A stretch of 64,000 nucleotides of DNA. Source: Balanoglossus misakiensis. Lineage: Eukaryota > Animalia > Hemichordata. Both the position numbers and the translations under genes were made by a program. Below, piece by piece: positions 50,631 to 63,391 of this stretch; position 1 is the stretch's first letter, and each line of letters begins with the position of its first letter. The notes below the pieces were generated by a model. It saw nothing but the letters and a program-made list of their open reading frames with translations. It did not search any database and was not told the DNA's origin. The stretch is from contig CM082593.2 in assembly GCA_040954595.2 (NCBI GenBank), positions 1,188,901 through 1,252,900 on the forward strand, in the 5' to 3' direction.

Positions 50631-53600
50631 CTATTTCAAATCTTCTAGGAATGCTTTCGGAATATCTGTAGTAATGCCATCAGACATTTCTCGGTTTATA
50701 TTTCTATGTAGAGTCACTCCACGACCACCGATGCTGGTCTCCCAACAATCAAATCCGGCGGATGTCAACTCATTCTGAACATCAACAATAGTAGACTGGC
50801 TGGTGTCTGTGCGAACAAAAAAAGAAGAAAGTCCAAAAAAAATAAATAAAAAAGTTTTACACAATCGTTCTGTATGGCACTAAAAAAAGAGCAATAGTGA
50901 TGTCCCATTGATGAATCTAACAGGGCACACAACAAGACACAGCACTGTTTCCATGGAATCTAAGATCATAAACAACACATCCCACGACAAAATACTCCAT
51001 GTTAAAATGTATACATGCCACAATCATGACCTCTCACGACCTCTCACCTTTCCGGAGTAAGGTCACAGCACAGCCCCCTCCACCAGCACCGGTCAGTTTA
51101 CAGTGGAGACCATACTTGGCACTGATTTGACAGATCTGCTGCAATGCAGGATGGGATACACCAAAGACGTCTAAATGGTGCTGGTTGATGTCAATCAATT
51201 CCTGCAGAAATCAACAACAAAATTCATCCACACACATGTAAACAAGCGGACTACATAGCCTGCCTTGTGCAATCAAATTTGTGACAGAACCATGAATTGA
51301 AAATTGCCTCTTTAAGGAAGCCTTAAGGATGGACAATAACAAATAAATGGCAAGAGTTCCTTAATACCATGCACTCACCTTTATTGAGTTTTCATCTTGT
51401 TCGCGGAAAAACCAAAATGAAAGCTATGCTACTGCCATTTAAGTAATGATTCTTGCATGGGAACTTAAGGAAAACTTTCCGGAAAAAAGCTGCGCTTCAT
51501 CTATGCTCAAGAGCTGCTGGATTTATGATGCGTGTGTGCAGGTTACTGTTATACAGTGCTGGGGGAATAGGGTTGCGTGATGGGGAATGGGGTTGTGTGG
51601 TGGGGAATGGGGTGAGGGGGTTGGGTTAATGGGGTTGTGTGGTGGGGGTGGGGTGGGGTCAACATCATCAAGAACAACCTTTTATATATGCCTAAGTTAT
51701 TTAACCTGGATATCTTTCCACGGAAATACCACTTTGATTTTATGCATACCTTCTCTAACAATTGTGAGAAGGGGAGGCTGAGATGATAATGATTATAGGT
51801 GCTTATGTGAACTACAAGATGTGGTGCTTAAGGATTAATTTTCCATAGGAATAGGATTACACAGTTTAACATTTGTCAGCCATATTGAGACTCAACAACA
51901 GCATTGGCAAACATCTTGAGAAGTGTTCACCAAAATGTATTGTACAATAGAACTGTGTGTATGTGTGTGTGTAGTAAGCAGAATGATTTTGAAAGCTTAC
52001 TTCAAGCTCTCCTAAGACAGCTCCAGCATCATCTTCAGACATATCAGCCAACAACTTCATACAGGTATTAGCGATAGCTTCGATAGAGTCCAATATTGGA
52101 GTAAATATATCAGGGTACTGAAATGAACAAGAGATCTAGTCAAACAAAGGCACTGCAGAAATATCAGTATAACACTCCAGAAAACCAGAAACCAGAAAAT
52201 ATTCTTTTCAAGAAAAACGTCTTGTGTCTCATCATCAACCTGTTGTTTGTACCTTTTCAAGTTTGCTTCTAACTTTAGCCACCAATGTTTTTGTACTTCT
52301 GGGTACTTTTGTGTTGACTAGGAGTATCCTAAGAAGTGGAACTCTGCAAAACAACAACAACAACAAAATATGTCAATTTTGTTGATTACCAATAATTGCA
52401 TGGTCTTTACAGGAATTTACAGGAGTGCACATGACCAATGAAACAGTATAAATGGACAGAAACTGCAGGAAATATTAAGGCTTTGTAGGAATATATATTA
52501 CGAACTGAACTGCTTACCGTTCTAATGGTACTATTTTGGGGCTCACTTTTCCATCTTTGTCTGTGATTCTTCTAAAATTTATGGCACCTCCTGGACGAGA
52601 AAAGAGCAAATACATATTTAGGCATTCCCTTCAACTTTGAACTTGACCACCTTGATACTATTAAAGGACTCAGACCCTGAACAACCCACTCAGCTTTGAA
52701 CTTACCAAATGTACTGATTGAGTTATCAATTCCCGAGGGTGTTCCATGGATGATTCTTTCCGCTTCATATGCCCAATTGTTGATAATTTCCAACTCTTCT
52801 TGACACCATTTGCTGAAATGGGTCTGTTTTTCATCTCCTTCCGGTTTCACTGAAAAGTTGATATCATATCAGTATGCATGTATGCTTGACTACAACAGAC
52901 ACAATATCATAAAATGGCTGTCTTCTAAACACATGTAATGGAATATTTGAGAAACAGTTCCAGGTAATGTAAAAATCTGGAGAATCTTACCAACATCACA
53001 GTATGTAAGTAAAGATGATGCCAGACAAACAGAGAAAGCAGCTGAGGAGCCAAGACCAGCACCAGTCGGTAAATTGGATTTGACTCGTAAACAGAGAGAA
53101 GAAACCTTGGATTTGCTACAAAAAAGATGGTACATTAAATTAAAATTAATGAGATCAATAATGACACAATCTCAAATTTGCTGTTGTTCTGATCGATGGC
53201 CAAGACTTTTGAGATCCAGTATTTATCATCAAAACTTTTAATGACATATCTCACCTTTTGTGTGACAGTATTCCCAGGTAAATGTAGATGAACGAAATTA
53301 CAGCTAAATACTTGACATCGGACTCTTCATCTTTCTTCAAACCTGTGAGCTCTTTTAGACTCATGAATTGCTCAGGCGTTGGTGGTACTGGATGTTTTAT
53401 ATCAACTGCCATAAAAACAAAAGAATTGAGAAAATTCAGTGGATTCTTGTAATAAAACCATGGTGTATGTATTGCCATGCACACTTGTAGGTGATAATAT
53501 CATTTAATTTAACCCATTAGATAGAGCTGGGAAGAAATTATGCTTCAGAATGACATCAGAGGTCACCCATGAACACATCAATTTGTGTCTTTTTATATAC

Positions 53601-54789
53601 AAACACGTTTGGGAATAATATGTACCTTTTGCAAAACTGTCAAAGATGGGGGTCAGTTCTTCTAAACTCCATCTTCGGCTGAGCTGTAGGTCAGGAAGTT
53701 CTAATTTGACTTCATCGTTGTCTGTTTTCAGTAACTCTAAATATGTCCTCAGATTCAAACTAACAGCCAGGGCAACCTAAAATTGGAAAATATTAATTAC
53801 AACCTGTAACATCAAATTTCATTGAAGATCTCTGTGTGTCAAATTGGTATAAACAAAATAAAACGGATACTGATTAAAGTGAAATTATATTTCCTATGGT
53901 AAGCACTGCTTGAAATAAACTAATACATTCATGAAATTAAAAAAAACTATCGTTTGCTTGTGTGTGAGTGCAACAGCCATAATGTCAGAACTTGCCCATT
54001 GATTGCATTTTGTCCAAATGTTTTTTTTAGTTTCAAATGTCAGTGTCTGTATACAATTAGAAAGACAGTGGCCATTGTCAGGCACTTCCTACTTCATTAT
54101 TTGTTGTCTATACCACAATGGTCACCATGGTAACACACAATTGAATTATCTGCCATTTGGCTAATTGTTCGTGTTTGAAAACATATAGCCAAAGTTGCTT
54201 TATTATATGTGTGATATGAATAGACTGTATTCAAATTTATTCATTTGTGTTTGGTTTAGTGTACAGTCTCTTGCTGTATGTCACGACTTGCATGGTATTT
54301 CACTGGACGCAGGCATTAATGCTGAACATCATGTGATATAGTGATTTACTTTGTCTGTTTTAATCCAACCCACAATCTAATCATGACCCATATTCCACCA
54401 ACCCTTCAATCAACGAGTGATTGCGACGAGCCACTGATTCAGCTTCGCGTCGGATCACTGGTTGATATCAGGGCAGCGGATCTCCATGACAACTGCCACC
54501 CAAAGAATGTACATAAGTGAGGGCAGGACAAAGTAAGAGACACTGTATGCCCTGATGAGGTCCAGCAAAAGCATTGTACAGCCCCTCCCCCATATTAAAC
54601 AACAATTTCTCAGAAGGTTACGCTGCCCTGGCCTTGCCTGACCCATTGGGGTCACCGGGTGATACAGTTAATGATCATGACCTGATCCCGTAGTACCGCC
54701 TAACTCACCCTTCCGTAGACAACAGCATGTTCCCCATGCAAAATCACTTTTCCCGGCGCCGAAACCACGATTTTTGTACCAAGTTCCAT
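50631..54789 (-). CDS. MVK: Mevalonate kinase, 10 coding exons, 420 aa
   Basis: Exons (minus strand, all GT-AG, phases consistent): 54709-54789, 53626-53776, 53255-53405, 52991-53115, 52706-52849, 52518-52590, 52253-52343, 52001-52117, 51048-51201, 50631-50806; total 1263 nt. GHMP-kinase motifs [59 protein letters not shown]. Confidence 0.97.
51561..51658 (+). repeat. G-rich minisatellite (tggggaatggggttgtgtgg-like) in MVK intron 8
   Basis: More than ten G3-G5 tracts in about 100 bp. Confidence 0.8.
54440..54630 (-). pseudogene. Possible BTB relic inside MVK intron 1
   Basis: [13 protein letters not shown]...[10 protein letters not shown]...MEIRCPDIN. Confidence 0.3.
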
Positions 54790-54854
54790 TACTGCGCTAT
54801 TGACACAACAATCAGGCGATGACCCAACCTGCAATCGCACGCTATCGACTCCAG

Positions 54855-54896
54855 CACGTGTCCTCGTAGAGTTGGTGGTCAAAAGTGGGCGGGGCC
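54855..54896. promoter_or_regulatory. Probable MVK proximal promoter: E-box and GC box
   Basis: CACGTG at 54855-54860 and GGGCGGGGCC at 54887-54896, in a CpG-rich patch about 70-110 bp upstream of the MVK ATG. Confidence 0.5.
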
Positions 54897-56099
54897 GCGA
54901 TCCGTAAGCGATTTACGTTCCCACACCCAAATACGCTCGCCTGTAGAAATAGCCAAGTAGCGGTCTATCTAGATACACATTACCAACAATGACAAATATG
55001 GATTAATACATGAATTAGACAGAAATGACCAAAAACATGTACAGTGCAACGCGACGTCGAACCTCTTATATGATCGTATGACACGCACACAGGTCACAGT
55101 GAGGTCACAAAGTAAAGCTAGCTTCAGATTAAGATTGAGGTTAATTTGAAGCGTGCGTTGAACAACCTCGTTCCCCAGCCACTGTATTACACCGGTAAAC
55201 AACTACAAGCCACGTGCAACCAAAAAATAAATCAATAGTCACTGTTATACTCATAGTAATAATTATCATAGTCAAACGCATTTTTCCAGAGAATTTTGCC
55301 TGTTTATTTTGACCTCACAAAACATTTAGGCATACTTTTACTTATGCGTACTTTCTTACACTGACACCAGAATTGAAGTTTGGATAAACCGGAGAGGGAG
55401 ACGGGTGCTAACAGCATGCAGCTGTTGGTTTGATAAAACGTTCCCACTTTTGTGAACGCGAACAAAAACAAACCGAGCAAAGAAGAGCACCCGCAGGCGC
55501 CTGAAACATAAAAGGTATTGACGACATCTGCCACCAGGTGTGGTGGGGATGTCCCTTCAACATAATCAAAATACTGTAATATTTATTAGATGCATCTTAG
55601 CATCTTTGAAATGTAATATACCGGTATGTATTATTAAACTGCGGTGTAGCATGTCAATCCTTTCATAGTTGAGTAATTTTAAGAATAATACTTGTTCTCA
55701 GAACCATTTAGACCTTTAAAACAGGCGCTGATTGCATGAATACCTCAGTTTACTGGAAAACACCGCAAACTAATTTGCAATCTAATATCCTCACTAGCCG
55801 ATAACACTCACGACTGACAAACCTTTGACGCACACTGCTTACCAATTGGTTGGAATACAAAATGAGCAATTTAAGTAATTTAATTATGGAACATTTAAGC
55901 ATACATCGATAGATATCAAAGAAGATGAATGAGAATGACCCAAAGCCATGTTGTCGTGTCTGTGGCTACAAGTTGGATTCGAGCCAAATGATGCAGGGGT
56001 GAATGTCAGTTCGAGGTGAGTTTTGACGCATACCCTGGTAAGTGTTGGAGTGATTATTGGGGATTGCTTTGGAAAGTTAAAGAAGTGGCGCCCTCATTG

Positions 56100-57650
56100 T
56101 GACGACGATGGTAAATAAGTTGCCGCCAGTGGCGCTATAACCCTAATCAGTCACGATCCTATTGAATCAACTACAAAACAACCGATACCGGAAGTTCGGT
56201 ATTAAATGAAATCAATAAAGTTCAACCATTCACCCGAACGGACAAGAATCTCAATTTTGATACCTCGTAATGCAACTCGATACAACAAGGGAAATTACCA
56301 TACGTGAGAACAACTATCCTTGCGTGAGATTTACGCACGTTTTCCTCGACAAAACTACGTCATTCGTGTCCACACCAGAGATCCTTGTCCCATGATTTGA
56401 TTAATCGAGATTAAATGGACTGATTCTCACCATGTCGTATTAAGCCTCACTCTGTTGTCAATGGTGATCATTGAAATACAAAAACAGATTCGCAAGAGTC
56501 TCGTTAACGGAAACTATTGACTGCAGCAGAATATGTTCCTTTAATCCCAGAGGAAACATTTCATTACAAGTTCGTGATTATCGTTAGCGGCCGTGTTAAA
56601 ATACCATTGGTGCCATCTCATTATCAAGTTTAGGCCACATGCCTTTTCTTATTTCCCCCAGTTGACTCGAGCCCAACAGATTTGGTGGCAGTGTGCTGAT
56701 CATGATATGATGAATATTCCGTCACATATATATTTAGTAGTAAACAAATCAAACTTGGAGGATAACTACTGATTTTTAGGACGTGTCATGTCGTTTTCTA
56801 ACCAGTTAATAACCGTATTAACGTGAAAACATAATTATACAAGGGGGATTCATGCCAATTTGTATTATGCAGAAAAGTACAGCATGACGTTGTGAAATGT
56901 TTTTACAGTTTATGCACTATGTGAGAATGATACCACCTTTTAGATATTGAAGTATACAGTTCGTAGTTGAAAATTGTAAAATACCAACAAGGATTTGAAA
57001 ACACAATTTAACCTCGAGCCTATGTAATTAGAGTACTGTACTCTCGGGGTCATGCGCGTAATCCTAACTAATTGGGACATTAGGAAAGTACAGTGCAGAA
57101 GATTTAGGGGTGGAAAATCTTACCGTGAGAAATGATGACCGCGGAGAAAGTAGATTATATTCAAACAAGACACACTTGATTTAATTTGATAAAACCAGAG
57201 CTCAAGACGGATTGCTGTTTACGTTTATGATGGTCGTTCCATGAAATAGCAAAGTCTTCATCAAGGACTCGCATCAGACTCTCTCTCTTTCAATTCATCA
57301 CGGTGCGTGATGTCAGGGCCTCGCTGGCCTACATGTATCTGCTAATAGAGGAATCAATTATTAAACCTGGTAACACGTGTGAATTTACCGAAAGGCACTA
57401 CTCGCTAACAAAATGGCAAGACTGAGGAACAACATTCACAAGTGCTTAGACATCCACTTTGCATGTACGAAGTACCTCAGAAACTCGGGGTACTTAATCA
57501 CGACATTCACCTGGGTCGAATCATTTTACATGTTGTTTCCTTGTACTATTTCTTGTTTCTCCTTCAACCCTTATCTTGCGGATCGCCGTGCAAAACGATG
57601 GCAATGAAATGTTTTCCCCCAAAAGTTATTGTTTCGTTCAATTGACGTCA
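56100..57650 (-). pseudogene. Decayed BTB-BACK-Kelch relic
   Basis: TITFGG-KTFHCHRF, GLKEKQ, VLSSGFIKLNQVCLV, YAHDPEST; kelch-like NIYVT, SGEW, YSATGG. Confidence 0.55.
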
Positions 57651-57999
57651 TCATGAAACTCATGTTTCCGATTCGTGGCGTTTACTTTCGAAGCCTCGCC
57701 TCTTAGCGAAAGTATGAAAAACTGTGTGAAAAAATACAAACCCTTTTTCTGATATCTAAGCTAGCATGTCTGTAACGACATAAGCAGTTCTAATGACAGA
57801 CTATACAATAAATCATATCAAATAGCCTGAGGGTTAGAGCCCAGTTGTTTACGACGATGGCAAGCTAATTAGTATGGACACCTCTGTCTTTTTTACGTGA
57901 ACCATGCTTATATGATTGAAGATGGGCAACACAGAAACGTTTAATTTTTTAAGTATACAAAATTACTCACAAGATGATCGAACGCTTGAGGAAACACAA

Positions 58000-59780
58000 T
58001 GATTAATGCATGTCACTTCAAGATGATAGCACCTTCTTCACCCAACTGTGACTTTCATCTAGAAATTGCCAACCAGGAGTTCCGATACAGAATTGTATTG
58101 TGCAGAACATAATCCACTTGCACACAATCAATTATGTCTTAAGTGGTCAGTGACCTGTAATGTACACTAAAAAGAAAGTACAAGACATGGCTCTACAATA
58201 AAATGCCTTTCTAGGTAAAACAATGAACTAGGTGAGGGTGTACATTTTATGCATCTACAATAGGAGTTTAACTCACAACAGAAAAGAACTGCCCACATGT
58301 CAATGAAACATAACTATGAAGCATGCAGAGGATGGCCACTCGCTTGAAGACTGGACACGCTCAAAAGCTGGCAGGTTGATTATGATGCAAAATAGACACA
58401 TATAAAGTAGTTGGCATGTATATGCCATACTCCTCACCATAAGTGATAAACAACACGTGTATTTGTCTACATCACGCAAATACATACACCTGGCAAGTAC
58501 ACCTGTCATCATTTCCAGTATTCTGTATTTAAATACTCAGTGCTTCAATGCAATGCATAAAACATACCTTGCTATATGATAGCAAAAAAGTAAGGTAATT
58601 TGAAAACAACATATATAATTATCTGCATTCGTGATATCTCCCACACAACGCCAGCTGTAATCTTAAGACTTGTTATTTCAAAATATTACATCGCCTCAGG
58701 ACTGAGTAAACGTGCGTTGTTGGTCATATTTAGATTGTCCAAGGACTGAGTCAGTGCATGTGCGTTGTTGATAAAAAACAATATGATATTTGATATTTTA
58801 CTTGGTAAATTTCTATCTATCTAGACGTTGACACATCATGTTGTTTCCAAGCTTGTCACGCTATATCTATATTTTGTCTGCAAAATGTTTTTGAAAGGAT
58901 TTACACAACAATTTCCCAATCTAATCTTTGATTGTTGGAGTTAAAGAGAATGAGGTTGCCTTAAGCCAATACTCGTCATTACAATGCAATCCAAGATGTC
59001 ATAGTCATACTGGTGTTTTTAAGAGGTGACCGAGTGATTTCAGAGATCTTTTAAAGTTGAAAAGATCTTAAAATATCATGATTCCATCTGGTTTGGCAAT
59101 CAACTAATGCAACCGATATAGTTTATCAACTCATCCAATGGAACAAACTGAAATACTCTCATTCGGGATCCACACAATACATAGTTTTAAGCGCTATTCA
59201 TGCTATTATTACAGATGGCAATATCACATGCAATAAAATATTTATGAATTTCTTTCACAAATGAGCCATAAAATGTATTTGAATATAAACGCCGAAGGGG
59301 GAGCACGATTTTTGTGTCTTCATTTTATCTATATGGAGTGAACGTGTGGATTTCAGATTCTGTTTACAAGTAGTAGGATTCTGAAAATGTTAACAGCTTT
59401 GTGCCGATACGCCATAACTCAACTAAAATGTATACTTATGCTTTTACATTGCAAGTCGCAAAGCTATCATGTTCAAGGTTACATTAATTAATAGAATTTG
59501 ATGTTAGTCAAGTGTTTCAAAGAGGTCACTTTCATGCCCCTATGAGTCTTAGTCAACCTGATGGATTCGTACCAACCGAAGTACGAGGATGTCAGGTCAT
59601 GTAGGGGTCATGAAAGTGGTCTTTTATGTATGCTTTTTGCAAAGGTCTATGTACCTAATATAGAAGAACGATTTGGTGGTGGGTCAACTTCGAAGGAAAC
59701 TGTTTGCTCAAGCAATATGAAGCAGTAATTATTGCTTAGTTGACAAATATTTCATGCAATAAATGCCACATCAAAATATG
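58000..59780 (-). pseudogene. Decayed BTB-BACK-Kelch relic
   Basis: LHEIFVN, VSFEVD, HKRPLS, SSYF, GMK; BACK-like VPLDELINYI...QME; kelch-like TGNDD-VYLPG and DESHSW. Confidence 0.45.
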
Positions 59781-60399
59781 GCACCACCTTGACTAGACAT
59801 ATAGGTTCAGTGTAATAAACAAACATTGCTTATCATACAGTCACTGGCTCTTAATTTCCGCATATTGTCTGTGTCATCCTATTTATCATTCGTTCATGCT
59901 CTGTCCTATACATGACCTCTCCATTGTAATGACATCACAGATTGCACACAGCGTCAAAAAAACTCCGATAGAATATAACAGTATATTTTTTTTCAAATAC
60001 AACCTCATTAAAGATTAATAGGTGAATGCACACAAATACAAGCCATACATCACCTTACAACAAAAAGCCAGTTCATGTGGCGCAGTAATTGTAAAGCAAA
60101 CAGTAATGATCAAATGCCAATTTACATATTTGAAGATTTCTGACCTTGCTTATCGTTTCATGCGCGTGTTAGTGTTTAGCAGACATTGACCCCAGAAGAT
60201 AATTTGTGATAAAATTAAAGTGTAAATATCAGCTTTTTATATTTTTATCACGCATATTTCTTTCACTTCGGCATTAAATTTTCTACACCATAAGATTCTG
60301 TGTGCGTGTTTATATATGGTTCATAATATTTGGTCTGACGTTTTGTGGTGATATTCCAATAATCAAGTAAATATAATTAGTGATACAAACTAGCATAGT

Positions 60400-61000
60400 T
60401 ATCTCAATCCGTGGTATCATGATGTAACCCCTCAAATGTGTCTAGTGGAATAAACATACTAAGGTTACATACATAGGTAAACATCAGGCAATTGAAGTGA
60501 CTCGCTGTACACAATATAATATAAAATCGTAAAGCAAGTGTAGAAAAGTCTCCTTCAAGGCAAACCAGTTCATAATCTTCTGTCTTGTCCAATTAGTATG
60601 TTGGGCATTTTGCCTCAAGGCCTATGGTATGTCTAGCAAGGTAGCTTAATTAGCAGCCCAGCTTATCAATGCATGACTGATGCATGATAACTGGTTTGTA
60701 ATGCATTAAAAGATATATTAAAAGCATTTAAATATAAGCTAAAAGCATTTTGTCAAAAAGGCTTCCAGGAAACAATCACCGCCCCAACACAGTTGTTGAT
60801 GAAATAGCCACAGCGGGTTTCCGAGAAAGCAAACCCTACATGCACACATTATAGAAAAGATGTTTGTTGTCAAATTGGGAATCTTAGTCCATTGACAAAC
60901 AATAACCACTGATGATTGCCGTGCTTTATCATGTTGATTCAGGATTACATCTCTCCAGATAGAGTTTGATGTTCTCAAAATAATCAGATTTGGCCCTGAA
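60400..61000 (-). pseudogene. Decayed BTB-BACK relic just downstream of the spliced GPCR stop codon
   Basis: LRTSNSIWRDVILNQHDK; BACK-like DYELVCLEGDFSTLALRFYIILCTASHFN...YVCN...LHHDTTD. Confidence 0.5.
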
Positions 61001-61070
61001 TAACCAATATTTTGCAGATTGAAATCAAAGTCGAAATATGAACTCTATAGCGATGTACGTGTGAGTCTTT

Positions 61071-63391
61071 CTAAATGCTGCCACCTGGCTTGCTGGGTAC
61101 AGTGTTTACTGAAACCTCCGGTTCGACAGTTGCGTTTCCACGGCAACACAGTCCATTCACGAGTTCTTTAAGCGCCCTCTTGAAATCCTTGTTAGTACCG
61201 GCATATATGAAAACGTTGCAACAGGAGTTAGTATGTAACATCAGCCGTACCGATCCCCTGAAAATCAAGATGCCAAAATACAATACATGTATCATAATTT
61301 ATTAGTAGAGTTAAACCTAACAGATATTAAGAAAGCAATGTAACCTTTTCAGCAAAATTAGACTGTCAGTAGATGCGTTTATCAAGCGGGCATTAAAATG
61401 AGGAAATACGCATACGCTTGCCACCAATCAATTACAATATGTACACATGTGATTTATTGATTCAGGATGAAGCATGTAAACATACATGTACCGGTACTAG
61501 CGAAATTGAACGTTAGCAATGACTTTTACAGCTGTTTATGATACCTATATCTGCCTAGCTACCAACAGCCTGAGACTCCTATGCCCACCTACCTATATGT
61601 ACGACTGACTGTTTTATAATTTCTCCAATCTTTGAAATATAACAAACAATGGACAAGATGTTATGCATTCTACATTCTGTATGACATAACTAAAAGTACA
61701 TTATTCATCGACCATATCACCGCTGCATTTATTTACAAGCACAATCCATTTTAAATAGATCGTTCAAGGCCCACCTGACGTATTTATCGATGTGACATGT
61801 CTGGCATGACATCTGAACGAAAAGGTAGGTTAGAAGCGGTATCCAGGCCAGTATGAAGTAGCCTAAAACCAGTGCCACTGTTTTTGTCATTTTCATTTCT
61901 TTCTTCAAATTATGTGGGTCCACTGAAGATTCCTGTCGTGAATGGTCACTTGGTACGATCTGGTTCTAACACATGTAAACATAAAATATGGTAATTATTC
62001 CAAATATTGCGTGCCGGGTGTGATGTCAGTGCGCCACAAGACAATAAGAACATCAATTCCTACATGACATGTAAACATTCTGGACTTGTATGGACTAAAA
62101 CATTTCAAAGAAATAAATAAAAGCTGAATTCTGCTGGTAAGTGTTTCGGTCTAGATCCTGTTGATTAAAAGTTTATCTCTTTGCAGTACTATTAACATTG
62201 ACATTACCTGTTTTGCAGCATTTGTCCGAAGCCGATGACGAACCATCAAGACAATACGAGTGTACAGGATGATCATCAGAAACCATGGAATCAGAGTGTA
62301 ACTAAAAAGTATAATCACCAAATGTCCAACCTGCTGGAATTTTTCATAAATACAAAGTCCGGCATATTGAGCTGAAATAGAAATTAAAGTGACAATTATG
62401 TTTCCATGATATTGGTGTTTGTGTTCATTCCATAAATAATGTAACTGTGGTATACTTATTTAGATTTGCAAATTTGATCTGGTTATTATACATTAGATAT
62501 GTCAGTCTTTGTAAAGAGCACGTTCTATCTCCTTGTGTCCAGGCGTGCGTAAGGTGATTGACTGCCATTGTGCAGATATCACTCTTGAGTTTTTAAACCT
62601 TCAGTGTAAGTCTCACTAACTTTGTATCTCCCTTGAAAGCCATTGTTCAGATTTCCTGAAATATCACACTTTAATTTTAAAACCCATTTTGAACCTTAAC
62701 CATCAAAATACACGCCTTTCAAGCATCCATTGTGTATATAAAAAGGGGCTATCTTCCAGAAATTTTGCTTTTATTGCCTGTAATTGTCAACAAGCCAGAA
62801 TTAACTCACTTGTGTTGCCAGTGAGCATGATGAACTCATTTTCGACAGCTGTGCAATTATCAAGACTGATAAACACAAATTGCCAGTGTTTCTTTGATGA
62901 AAAAGAAACGTGACCAGAAACAAATTGTGCTACTTAAAATTTTCCTGGGGTGTTATTTTGTAAAGTGATCATGACGCCTGCACAGTCACTTGACCGAGGC
63001 TTTGTTGTTTAACAACATCTTTAACATGTCTTCTGATGCAGAAGTGAAAGTTGTAAAGTAACTATGACATTCAACACTGAAGGAGACATGCAGAGACAGA
63101 TGGCTAACATGGCAACACAATGTCCCAGTTATTGTTGGGGTTACTCTTTCTAAAAAGTAATTCACCCACCTGGCTCTTCTTTGATGTTAACACTGAATGA
63201 AAAAACGAAGGACATGATCCATATGGAGGTTGTTATAATGATAGCTCGACGCTTCGTCACCCTGGCGGTAAATTTGAGCGGTTCTGATACTGCTATGTAG
63301 CGTATAATTGTTATGGCCACCAGATTGTACGATGAACACATAAATCCAGCGTTGAGCATGGCAAAGATAATTTGACAAAGGGCCCAGTTTG
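61071..63391 (-). CDS. Spliced class A GPCR (adenosine/amine-receptor-like orphan), TM3 to C-terminus; 5' exons lie beyond the window
   Basis: Exons 63170-63391, 62208-62371, 61775-61965, 61071-61257 join in frame with GT-AG sites. Motifs: LCQ...SSYNLVAITIIRYIAVSEPLKF (TM3), ECL2 Cys (GLCIYE), MIILYTRI (TM5), KKEMKMTKTVALVLGYFILAWIP (TM6), NSCCNVFIYAGTNKDFKRAL (TM7/H8). Confidence 0.88.

Noticed and set aside
21532-58770. Short direct repeats (cccaggggcct x2 near 21533, agtcaacacgtaa x2 near 48206, aggactgagt...gtgcgttgttg x2 near 58698)
   Set aside because: Two-copy local slippage duplications with no array structure.
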